Shown piece after piece: positions 51,210-60,063 of a stretch of 64,000 nt of DNA (positions within the stretch are counted from its first letter, which is position 1; each line of letters starts with the position of its first letter). The stretch is from an uncultured Flavobacteriaceae bacterium (GTDB lineage Bacteria > Bacteroidota > Bacteroidia > Flavobacteriales > Flavobacteriaceae): positions 1,405 through 65,404 of the forward strand of contig CANLWG010000009.1 in the NCBI GenBank assembly GCA_947494715.1, in the 5' to 3' direction. The notes under the pieces were generated by a model. It saw only the letters and a program-made list of their open reading frames with translations, made no database searches and had not been told where the DNA came from. The translations under genes were made by a program, and so were the position numbers.

Positions 51210-52436
51210 ATGCTGCGGACCTCATTGGATGTACAGACCATTAGGAAAGACTTTCCTATCCTAGACAGAAAAGTCAATGGAAGACCTTTGGTTTATTTGG
51301 ATAATGCCGCTACCTCGCAGACCCCACAACAGGTAATCGATGTTATTGTAGATTATTATAGTAACTACAATGCCAACATTCATAGAGGGGTACATGCGTT
51401 GTCACAAGAAGCTACGGACAAGTATGAAGAGGCCCGGAAAAAGATTCAGGAACATTTCAATATCGCCAAGTCCCACGAAATTATTTTTACTTCTGGAACC
51501 ACTCATGCCATAAATCTCGTAGCCAATGGTTTTTCTTCCTTTTTAAAACAGGGGGATGAAATACTGGTCTCGGCCATGGAACATCATTCCAATATAGTGC
51601 CGTGGCAAATGCTCGCCGAAAGAACGGGAGCGATTCTTAAGGTAATCCCCATGAGCCTGGATGGGGAATTGGAAATGGATGCATACGAAGAATTGCTTTC
51701 GGACAAGACCAAGCTTGTTTTTTGTAATCACGTTTCCAACGCCTTGGGAACCATCAACCCCATTCAGGAAATTATTGATAAGGCACACGAGATTGGCGCG
51801 GCGGTTTTGATCGACGGCGCTCAGGCGGCCCCTCATATTAAAGCAGATCTTAAAGCATTGAATGTGGATTTCTATACGGTTTCCGCCCATAAGATGTGTG
51901 GGCCAACGGGGGTTGGCATGCTGTACGGAAAAGAAGAATGGCTCAATACACTACCTCCGTATCAGGGCGGTGGGGAAATGATAGCCGAAGTTACCTTTGA
52001 AAAGACCACATATGCGGATCTGCCCCATAAATTCGAGGCCGGTACGCCCAACATTTGTGGCGGAATAGCTTTTGGAGCAGCCTTGGATTACATGAACGCC
52101 ATTGGTTTTGAGTCCATGGCCAAGTATGAAAAAGAGCTATTGGATTACGCTACCAAGAGATTGTCGGAAATCGACGGACTTAAAATTTATGGCACTGCAA
52201 AAAACAAGACTTCCGTAATTTCCTTTAATATTGAGGGTATCCATCCGTACGACATAGGAACAATCTTGGACAAACTGGGTATAGCCGTCCGTACGGGTCA
52301 TCACTGTGCCCAACCTATAATGGACTTTTATAAAATCCCCGGGACGGTACGTGCCAGTTTTAGTTTTTATAATACCAAGGAAGAAGTTGATATTTTGGTA
52401 GAAGGTGTACAACGGGCTAAATCCATGTTACTATAA
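51210..52436 (+). CDS. sufS: Cysteine desulfurase SufS (start ATG 51210)
   Basis: YLDNAATSQ, SAHKMCGPTG, RTGHHCAQP. Confidence 0.97.
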   Translation: MLRTSLDVQTIRKDFPILDRKVNGRPLVYLDNAATSQTPQQVIDVIVDYYSNYNANIHRGVHALSQEATDKYEEARKKIQEHFNIAKSHEIIFTSGTTHAINLVANGFSSFLKQGDEILVSAMEHHSNIVPWQMLAERTGAILKVIPMSLDGELEMDAYEELLSDKTKLVFCNHVSNALGTINPIQEIIDKAHEIGAAVLIDGAQAAPHIKADLKALNVDFYTVSAHKMCGPTGVGMLYGKEEWLNTLPPYQGGGEMIAEVTFEKTTYADLPHKFEAGTPNICGGIAFGAALDYMNAIGFESMAKYEKELLDYATKRLSEIDGLKIYGTAKNKTSVISFNIEGIHPYDIGTILDKLGIAVRTGHHCAQPIMDFYKIPGTVRASFSFYNTKEEVDILVEGVQRAKSMLL

Positions 52437-52510
52437 ACAAGCCAAGTTATCATTCTCTTAAATTGTTGATAACCATCGATTCTTGTTGTATTTTTACCGA
52501 AAATCAATAT

Positions 52511-52933
52511 ATGACCATTGAAGAAATTCAGGAGGAAATTGTGGACGAGTTCTCCATGTTCGATGATTGGATGCAACGGTACGAATACATGATAGAATTG
52601 GGAAAGTCACTTCCTCTGATAAATGAAAAATATAAGACTGAGGATAACATAATAAAAGGCTGCCAGAGTAAGGTCTGGGTACACGCCGAGTTGGAGGATG
52701 ATAAATTGGTGTTCACCGCGGATAGCGATGCTATTATTACCAAGGGTATCATAGCTATTTTGATACGGTCATTCAGTAACCAAAGACCGCAGGATATTAT
52801 TAATGCAGATACAGATTTTATTGATGAAATAGGTCTTAAAGAGCATTTATCGCCCACACGTGCCAATGGACTGGTCAGCATGATCAAGCAGTTAAAATTG
52901 TATGCGGTGGCCTATCAAACACAATTAAACTAG
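52511..52933 (+). CDS. sufE: SufE sulfur acceptor (start ATG 52511)
   Basis: IKGCQSKVW, DSDAIITKG, LSPTRANG. Confidence 0.96.
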   Translation: MTIEEIQEEIVDEFSMFDDWMQRYEYMIELGKSLPLINEKYKTEDNIIKGCQSKVWVHAELEDDKLVFTADSDAIITKGIIAILIRSFSNQRPQDIINADTDFIDEIGLKEHLSPTRANGLVSMIKQLKLYAVAYQTQLN

Positions 52934-52938
52934 GAAAA

Positions 52939-53271
52939 ATGAGCGAGGAAATAACTAAAATAGATACCCAAGAATTAGGGGAGAAAATAGTAAAGGTGCT
53001 AAAGACCATTTACGATCCCGAAATCCCGGTTGATATTTATGAACTGGGCTTAATATACGACGTTTTCGTAAACGAGGACAATGAGGTAAAGATCTTAATG
53101 ACCTTGACATCGCCTAACTGTCCAGTGGCTGAAACCTTACCTGTTGAAGTAGAGGAAAAGGTGAAGTCCTTGGATATGGTAAGAGACGCGGAGGTAGAAA
53201 TCACCTTTGACCCGCCTTGGACCCAAGATCTGATGAGCGAAGAAGCCAAGTTGGAATTGGGGTTGTTATAG
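52939..53271 (+). CDS. SUF system Fe-S assembly protein (PaaD/SufT-like, DUF59)
   Basis: IYDPEIPVDIYELGLIY, MTLTSPNCP, FDPPW. Confidence 0.93.
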   Translation: MSEEITKIDTQELGEKIVKVLKTIYDPEIPVDIYELGLIYDVFVNEDNEVKILMTLTSPNCPVAETLPVEVEEKVKSLDMVRDAEVEITFDPPWTQDLMSEEAKLELGLL

Positions 53272-53299
53272 ATTTCAGATGTGGGATATCAGATGTCAG
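53272..53299 (+). repeat. Left heptad array (4 x 7 nt)
   Basis: atttcag atgtggg atatcag atgtcag. Confidence 0.75.
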
Positions 53300-53654
53300 G
53301 TGATAAGGGATTTGAACAAATAATTTCATGGAGGAAAGCGAGAGAGCTGAATAAGGAGATTTATCGCTTGACCAAAGATTCTAAATTTTCAAAAGACTTT
53401 GCCCTAAGAGACCAGATAAGAAGAGCATCAATATCTATTTCTTCAAACATAGCCGAAGGATTTGGAAGAAAATCGAATAAGGAATTTATATATTTTTTGA
53501 ATGTCGCCCAAGCTTCATGTTACGAAGTAAAATCTCAATTATATTTGGCTTTGGATATTGAGTATATTATGGAATCTGAATTTAGTGACTCATTTGCGAT
53601 GAAATATCCAAAACAATTTTTGGACTAATAAAACATCTTGAGAAAAAGCAATAA
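53293..53654 (+). pseudogene. Four helix bundle protein with a frameshift near 53597
   Basis: LRDQIRRASISISSNIAEGFGRKSNKEFIYFLNVAQASCYEVKSQL; family-like C-terminus DEISKTIFGLIKHLEKKQ* lies in a shifted frame (53598-53654); ORF as read stops at 53628. Confidence 0.8.
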
Positions 53655-53671
53655 TGCTCTATGTACTAAAC

Positions 53672-53706
53672 CCGATCACTTAAATCTGAAATCTTATGTC
53701 TGAAAT
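53672..53706 (+). repeat. Right heptad array (5 x 7 nt), inverted relative to left array; contains the next gene's ATG
   Basis: ccgatca cttaaat ctgaaat cttatgt ctgaaat; ctgaaat is the reverse complement of atttcag. Confidence 0.75.
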
Positions 53707-54199
53707 AGTAAACCGTGTGGCCCAAAGCAAATTGGTCACTTTAGACTTGGAGGATTATTATCCGGAAGGCAAGAGGATTCTTTTGGACATCAAGGATTGG
53801 TTGTACGAGGGATTCATCCTCAAAGAAAAGGAATTTAGGGCCCAGGTTGCGAGCCATACATGGGAGCAGTATCAAAATTCGTATGTTGCATTAACCTGCT
53901 CAACGGATGCCATAGTCCCCGGATGGGCCTATATGCTTGTAATGACCCGTTTGCAGCCTTATGCCAAAAAAGTAGTCCAAGGAACGTTGATGGATTTGGA
54001 AACTATCCTATTCCATTCTGTAATAGAAAACTTGGATGTGGATGATTTTAGGGATAAACCGGTAATCATTAAGGGATGTACCAACAAACCCGTTCCGCCA
54101 AATGCCTATTTGTGGATAACGGCTAAACTACAAACGGTCGCCAAAAGCGTAATGTATGGTGAAGCTTGCTCTTCTGTCCCCCTTTTTAAGCGTAAATAA
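53696..54199 (+). CDS. DUF2480 family protein
   Basis: EIVNRVAQSKLVTLDLEDYYP, CSTDAIVPGWAY, SVMYGEACSSVP. Confidence 0.9.
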   Translation: MSEIVNRVAQSKLVTLDLEDYYPEGKRILLDIKDWLYEGFILKEKEFRAQVASHTWEQYQNSYVALTCSTDAIVPGWAYMLVMTRLQPYAKKVVQGTLMDLETILFHSVIENLDVDDFRDKPVIIKGCTNKPVPPNAYLWITAKLQTVAKSVMYGEACSSVPLFKRK

Positions 54200-54276
54200 T
54201 TGTTGACAACATTGTTCATTATTTGTTTACATGTTTAAATTTGTAGTTCATAAACTATAACTAAACACTAGACATT

Positions 54277-55209
54277 ATGAAAAAGTTAGTATTTGGGCTG
54301 GCAACAGCCCTTATGGTTTCTGTTGCCTCGGCACAGACACTTGAAGAGCTCAAGACCGAGCAGGCGGCCAAAAAGGATTCCGTAGCAGACATTCAGGGGA
54401 GGGTAGATGCCCTGCAGGGACAAATAGATGCCTTCCCGGGTTGGAAAAAGGGCGCCTTTGGAACCATAGGAGCGAACATTTCAGGATTCAACAATTGGTA
54501 TGCCCAGGGAACTCCCAACAACTCTTCCGGGAATATTGGGGCTACGCTCAATGCCTTTGCTAATCTAAACAAAGAAAAGTTTTTTTGGAGGAATTCAGGA
54601 AACATTAATTTGCAATGGGTAAAGTTGGATGATAAGGATAGTGATACGGATGACGAAAGTTTCAACGGCACTACGGATGTTTTTAACCTTACATCCCTTT
54701 ATGGGTATAAATTGAGCGAAAAATTTGCAATTTCGGCTTTGGGCGAATATCGAACCACGATTATAAACAATTTCAACGATCCAGGTTATTTGGATTTGGG
54801 AATCGGGGCCACGTGGACGCCCATTACGGATATGGTAGTGGTTATCCATCCGCTCAACTACAACTTTGTATTCAGTAGTGAGGACGATATTTATGAATCC
54901 TCGACCGGGGCCAAAATCTTGGTAGATTATACCCGACAAATAGGGGATATAAATTTCAAGACTAATTTTTCCACCTTCCAAAGCTATAAAAGTGGAGACC
55001 TTTCTAACTGGACATGGGTCAATTCCTTTGGATATACTTTATGGAACGGTATTGGTCTTGGATTTGAATTCGGTCTTAGGAACAACAAACAAGAAGCTTT
55101 GGATTATGCCATAAACAAGGCACCTACCCCCGATCCGGATGCGACTTTTGATAGCATTGACAATGATTTGCAGACCTACTGGATTTTTGGACTCAACTAT
55201 TCCTTTTAA
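54277..55209 (+). CDS. DUF3078 family outer-membrane protein
   Basis: Signal peptide, short coiled coil, WKKG..G, NNWYAQG; beta-strands ending NYSF; TAAATTTG promoter at 54236-43. Confidence 0.85.
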   Translation: MKKLVFGLATALMVSVASAQTLEELKTEQAAKKDSVADIQGRVDALQGQIDAFPGWKKGAFGTIGANISGFNNWYAQGTPNNSSGNIGATLNAFANLNKEKFFWRNSGNINLQWVKLDDKDSDTDDESFNGTTDVFNLTSLYGYKLSEKFAISALGEYRTTIINNFNDPGYLDLGIGATWTPITDMVVVIHPLNYNFVFSSEDDIYESSTGAKILVDYTRQIGDINFKTNFSTFQSYKSGDLSNWTWVNSFGYTLWNGIGLGFEFGLRNNKQEALDYAINKAPTPDPDATFDSIDNDLQTYWIFGLNYSF

Positions 55210-55234
55210 AATATAGGGTTTCCTAGTATAAAGT

Positions 55235-55264
55235 AAAAGACCCGACAATTTTGTCGGGTCTTTT
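55235..55264. terminator. Bidirectional terminator, perfect 14-bp inverted repeat
   Basis: aaaagacccgacaa-tt-ttgtcgggtctttt. Confidence 0.85.
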
Positions 55265-55345
55265 CTGTTAAGTAGGATACATTTAATTTGTTTGCACAGT
55301 CAAATAAAATCGAACTTTATATTCGGTAAAGATTTAGGTGGTGCC

Positions 55346-55365
55346 ATCCTGATAGCTATCAGGAT
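55346..55365. repeat. Perfect 20-bp palindrome (REP-like)
   Basis: atcctgatagctatcaggat. Confidence 0.85.
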
Positions 55366-55554
55366 CAATTTCCGTTAAGTTACGTTCTCTTCTGGGACAA
55401 TCATTAAACCTTTAAATACATTGCGAATGTAGTTTCATAGCATATGATGCTTAAATTTTTGTTGTGAAAGGAATAGAATTTGTTGTGAACAACGTTAAAA
55501 TGTGTTGTATCATCGATGAAATGCATAGAAAAGCACTTTAAACCTTTTTAAAAA

Positions 55555-55817
55555 TAAAAAAGCCCGGACTGTGGGGTTCGGGCCATTTTTTAGCTAAGTA
55601 GGTTATTGTAAAATTTGGACTAAGCTTTGTAGGTTAGAATTTTGGCTTGGGAAAACCTCCATTCTTTTCGGTTAAGTTCAAGGTGTCGATTTGGGGTCAA
55701 CACTATCACTTAATTACAATGTAAATGTAGTACGGATATGGGATTGTTCTAAATTATTGTTGTGAACCGATCCTAATTTGTGGTGAAATTTTTAACGGTC
55801 TTGTTTTATCGATGAAT
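55555..55817 (-). repeat. 263-bp direct repeat copy 1 (promoter + 19-codon sORF 55603-55662 + terminator)
   Basis: About 15 differences from 60541-60802 by manual alignment; sORF MEVFPSQNSNLQSLVQILQ. Confidence 0.92.
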
Positions 55818-55929
55818 AGCACTTTTATCTATTTGGAAACCATACTTTTTCAAATTGGGACTGTGGTATTAGTATTTAAGGCGGAACAGATCTAGTATTG
55901 TAAAATTAAGTACCTTGTAGAAATAGCGA

Positions 55930-58872
55930 ATGGAGATGAAACAATTACTTCTCCCCCCCTTATTATTTTTTTCTTCTTTTTTGATTTCGCAATCAAAAGT
56001 AGACAGTCTTCAATTGGGATTTGAAAATGCCCAAGAGGATACTGTCAAAATCCAGCTACTTCATGAGCTTTATTATGAGTTTGAAAATCGGGTTCCCCAA
56101 AGAGCCAGTGAAACGGCATTGAAAGCTTTAAGAATGGCAGAACGATCTGGTAATGGAGAATTACAGATCAAGAGCATTACCATATATGGAGACTTTTTGT
56201 ATTCCCAGTCCCAATATGATTCGGCCATAACCTTATATAACAATGCCTTGGAACTGGCACGAAAAAACCTTTCCATACTCGGAGAAACAGAGGCTCTTTT
56301 CGGATTGGGAAACACGTATTATAGAAAAGGCAATTTTGAAAAAGCAAAAGAGTTTCACCTGGAAAAATTAAATATTGCTAAAAAAGCAAAGGACAATGAA
56401 GGTATTGCCGGTTCATATAACAGTTTGGGTCTCATATATTCTGAACAGGGAGATTATACCAAAGCCATGGAATACTTTACTAAGTCATCCAAAATGTATC
56501 AGGAAGTAGGCCATTTAAAATACTACGGCATTACTTTAATGAGCATTGGTATGGTACAGCGTATGCTGGGCAATTATGAAATGGCGAAAAACTATTACCA
56601 AAAAAGCGACAGCATTCATATAAAAACAGATAATCTACTTGGGAGAGCCTACGTTTTTCATAATCTGGCCATAATCAATAAAAATACCGGAGCCTTTGAA
56701 GAAGCCATGATATATAATAACAAAGCACTGGAGAGCTTCCAAAAATTGGGGGATATAAAAAAAGTTGGGGAAGTATTTTACAACTTGGCCAGCATTCATA
56801 TGGAACAGGAGAGTTTTGCCAAGGCCATAAGCCATTATCATGAATCGCTTGATATTTCCCTAAAGGCCAATGACTCATTAATGATTGCTTTTTCCAACTG
56901 CGCCATAGGGGAATGCCATTTGCACCTTAAGGATTTCAATAAGGCAGAAAAACATTTATTGGAAGCGGTTAAAGTAGCCCAGGCTATTAATTTATATCCA
57001 ATTGAGATGGATGGGTACGAATATCTTTCCACAGTATACGAAACCCAGGGCGATTTTACCAAGGCTTATAAAAGCAAAAGCAAGTATTTAGTTTTAAGGG
57101 ATAGCCTGTACACCAAGGAAAAAAGAGAACTGGCCAATGAAATTGAGGCCAAATACCAAAATGAACAAAAGACAAAGGAAATTGCCCTTTTGGCATCCGA
57201 GAAGGATTTACAGACATTACAGTTGCAAAAACGGATAAACGAACGGAATGGTATTATTGCCTTTTCCTTGATCGTTCTCCTCTTGGCCGCACTAGTGTAC
57301 AATCAATATCGAATAAAGCAAGGAGCTAACAAACGCCTTCATGAATTGGACCGGTTAAAGTCCAATTTTTTCACCAATGTTTCGCACGAATTTAGGACAC
57401 CGTTAACATTGATCAAAGGACCCATTGAACAGCTAGAGCAAAATCCCGATGAAAAGCTGGGTGTGCCTACTATCAAGATGATGCGTCGTAACGCCAATCG
57501 CTTGCTCAATATGGTAAATCAGTTATTGGACCTTTCAAAAGTTGATGAAGGCAGCTTAAAACTAACGCCTACAGAAGGGGATGTGTATAAATGTTTGAGG
57601 GCTGCGGCATCCTCTTTCAATTCACATGCCGCCCAACGTTATATCGATTATAAGGTACGGATTCCGCAGGGTTTGTTATGGGCTTCCTTTGATTGGGATA
57701 AGCTGGAGAATATAGTTTATAATTTACTCGGGAATGCTTTCAAATTTAGCGAAGACGGATCAGGGATTTCCTTTCTTGTATCCTATAACGGCCAGGACCT
57801 TCAAATCGAGGTAGGTGATTCCGGAAAAGGTATTCCAGAGGAAAGGTTGCCTTTTATTTTTGATCGCTTCTATCAGGTAGACAGTAGTACCACTAAGGAA
57901 AAGGAAGGTTCGGGAATTGGGCTTTCGCTTTCCAAAGATTTGGTTGAGCTTATGGATGGGACAATTACCGTGATAAGCGAAGTAGGTAAAGGTACTTTTT
58001 TTACCATCCATTTGCCCATTTTGGAAATTCGGACAAGGCCCAAAGATGTGACGGAAACTAATGTGCCTTCAGATATAACGGAGGTAAGGCCCCAACCTTT
58101 CCAGCTGACCAAAGGAGATAAGAGAAATCTACCCAGCATTTTGTTGGTAGAGGATAATAGTGATATGAGACACTTCATAGGAGGGCAATTGATAAAAAAA
58201 TATAAGGTCAAAGAAGCCACAGATGGCAAGAGTGGGCTGCAAAAAGCGATTGCGGATTCTCCCGAATTGATTATCACCGACCTGATGATGCCCAAAATGG
58301 ACGGATTGGAACTTTGCAGAAAATTGAAGACCGATTTACGTACGAGCCATATTCCTGTAATAATGTTGACAGCCAAGGCAGGAATGAGCAATAAAATTGA
58401 AGGGTTGGAAACCGGGGCGGATGACTATCTCACCAAACCCTTTGATGCCAAGGAACTCATGGCGCGAACTAAAAATCTAATTGAACAACGGCAAAAACTA
58501 AGAGAACTCTATAGCACCAAAGAAACCCATATAGACCCTAAAAGGATTACCCTCACCTCTATTGATCAGAGGTTTTTGGAAGAGGTTTTGTCCCTTTTAG
58601 AAGAAAATTATTCGGACTCAAGTTTTGGGGTACCTAAAATGCAGACGGCCTTGGCCATGAGCAAGACCCAATTACATCGGAAATTAAAAGCATTGACGAA
58701 CGAGGCCCCTGGGGAGCTACTCCGGAACTTTCGTCTAAAAAGGGCCGCACAATTATTATCCCAGAAAGCGGATAACGTTACCCAGATTGCCTATAAAGTA
58801 GGTTTTAACAATCTCTCCTATTTCGCCAAATGCTTTAAGGAGCTCTATGGGGTGGCACCTTCTTCCTATTAA
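55930..58872 (+). CDS. Hybrid two-component sensor (TPR sensor, TM, HisKA, HATPase, receiver, AraC HTH)
   Basis: TPRs; NVSHEFRTPL; DKEGSGIGL-like G-box (EKEGSGIGL); LIITDLMMP; KVGFNNLSYFAKCFK. Confidence 0.96.
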   Translation: MEMKQLLLPPLLFFSSFLISQSKVDSLQLGFENAQEDTVKIQLLHELYYEFENRVPQRASETALKALRMAERSGNGELQIKSITIYGDFLYSQSQYDSAITLYNNALELARKNLSILGETEALFGLGNTYYRKGNFEKAKEFHLEKLNIAKKAKDNEGIAGSYNSLGLIYSEQGDYTKAMEYFTKSSKMYQEVGHLKYYGITLMSIGMVQRMLGNYEMAKNYYQKSDSIHIKTDNLLGRAYVFHNLAIINKNTGAFEEAMIYNNKALESFQKLGDIKKVGEVFYNLASIHMEQESFAKAISHYHESLDISLKANDSLMIAFSNCAIGECHLHLKDFNKAEKHLLEAVKVAQAINLYPIEMDGYEYLSTVYETQGDFTKAYKSKSKYLVLRDSLYTKEKRELANEIEAKYQNEQKTKEIALLASEKDLQTLQLQKRINERNGIIAFSLIVLLLAALVYNQYRIKQGANKRLHELDRLKSNFFTNVSHEFRTPLTLIKGPIEQLEQNPDEKLGVPTIKMMRRNANRLLNMVNQLLDLSKVDEGSLKLTPTEGDVYKCLRAAASSFNSHAAQRYIDYKVRIPQGLLWASFDWDKLENIVYNLLGNAFKFSEDGSGISFLVSYNGQDLQIEVGDSGKGIPEERLPFIFDRFYQVDSSTTKEKEGSGIGLSLSKDLVELMDGTITVISEVGKGTFFTIHLPILEIRTRPKDVTETNVPSDITEVRPQPFQLTKGDKRNLPSILLVEDNSDMRHFIGGQLIKKYKVKEATDGKSGLQKAIADSPELIITDLMMPKMDGLELCRKLKTDLRTSHIPVIMLTAKAGMSNKIEGLETGADDYLTKPFDAKELMARTKNLIEQRQKLRELYSTKETHIDPKRITLTSIDQRFLEEVLSLLEENYSDSSFGVPKMQTALAMSKTQLHRKLKALTNEAPGELLRNFRLKRAAQLLSQKADNVTQIAYKVGFNNLSYFAKCFKELYGVAPSSY

Positions 58873-58897
58873 CACTTTCCAAATTCCTGTTCATTCG

Positions 58898-58924
58898 GGA
58901 ACTATGCTGTTACCATCTGGAACC
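58898..58924 (+). promoter_or_regulatory. Tandem GGAACY boxes 21 bp apart (candidate AraC-domain binding site)
   Basis: ggaact 58898-903 and ggaacc 58919-924 between the sensor gene and its downstream gene. Confidence 0.45.
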
Positions 58925-59010
58925 TTACTATTAGCCATTCGAGCACGCAAGCCATAGTTTTGACATATCTGGTCCCCTAAAATCAATTATTCATTCTAAA
59001 GGAGGTAACT

Positions 59011-60009
59011 ATGGAATTAACAAGACAAAACCGAAGGGGTATTGTATTCAATGCGCTGTACAAATTAATTCCCCAGGCCTTACTGTTAATCGCTTTTTTT
59101 GCGATGATAATATGTTTAACGCTATTATTGAGTTGTAGCAACGGGGATGATACAACGGGTTCGCAAGGTGCCGGAATAGGTGATGTAATGGGGTCGGTAG
59201 AAGATGAGAATGGGAACCCATATCCCAATACTGTAGTAAAACTTTCTACGGGTGCAGCTTTCATCGAAACAAAAACCGATTCCAATGGAAATTTTGACTT
59301 TAATGATGTTGCCGGGGGAACACATGAAGTTACCATAAGTCTTCCATTATCTACAGAGGGAGTTACCAATACCTCCACCGCCATTAATGTTCAGGACAAT
59401 CAAACGATTACGGTTGATTTTGTCATCCGCCCTTTGCAAGTAAAGGCACACTTAAATTTTGGTAATGTACAATTACTGGAGGAAATAAAAGATGAGAACG
59501 GAAACACACCTACTGATCCCGATGAGCCCTTGTATGCTGAGAATATCTTTGATGAACCATTGGGTCTTTTAACGGCAATCAAGACTCCGGATGGCGAACA
59601 TGTTACACTATCCGAATTTAAAACGGCCCAAGGAAATCTGATGGTGCATTGCAATGGAGACACTTCCATTGTCGAAATTGCCTTAGAAGGTATGATACCT
59701 AACGGAACCTATACATTTTGGCTCGCCTATCTCAATAAAACAAGAAGCGTGGGCGAGCCCATAGACTTTGCAAATGATTTTGTCAATTTCACAAACCCTC
59801 CCATTGGATCTGCGTCAGGTACGGAAAATATAGTTGTAGCTACTGAAGATGGAACCATTAACACATCACTTCAACATACTTCCTGCATTCTAACGGACGA
59901 GGTTGCTCTTGTTATTCCTGTGCTGTACCATATCAATGGAAAGACGTTTGGAGGTGGACATGTGCCGGATCCCGAGGAAATGGTTCAAATGTTGGCTTAC
60001 TTTCAATGA
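59011..60009 (+). CDS. Lipoprotein with carboxypeptidase-regulatory-like (Ig-like) domain and uncharacterised C-terminal domain
   Basis: Lipobox LSC; GSVEDENGNP...TDSNGNFDFNDV; C-term GMIPNGTYTFW, LYHINGKTFG. Confidence 0.8.
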   Translation: MELTRQNRRGIVFNALYKLIPQALLLIAFFAMIICLTLLLSCSNGDDTTGSQGAGIGDVMGSVEDENGNPYPNTVVKLSTGAAFIETKTDSNGNFDFNDVAGGTHEVTISLPLSTEGVTNTSTAINVQDNQTITVDFVIRPLQVKAHLNFGNVQLLEEIKDENGNTPTDPDEPLYAENIFDEPLGLLTAIKTPDGEHVTLSEFKTAQGNLMVHCNGDTSIVEIALEGMIPNGTYTFWLAYLNKTRSVGEPIDFANDFVNFTNPPIGSASGTENIVVATEDGTINTSLQHTSCILTDEVALVIPVLYHINGKTFGGGHVPDPEEMVQMLAYFQ

Positions 60010-60063
60010 TTGGCAGGGTCAAATAAAATTCAATAGTTCCCAAAATATAACATCATTTAAAAA

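Larger units (their letters stand above)
55235..55520 (-). ncRNA. Divergent copy of short transcription unit (sRNA or 15-codon sORF 55300-55347)
   Basis: Boxes at 55513-20, 55482-89, 55461-68; -7-like element 55423-31; CCTACTTA before terminator. Confidence 0.55.
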
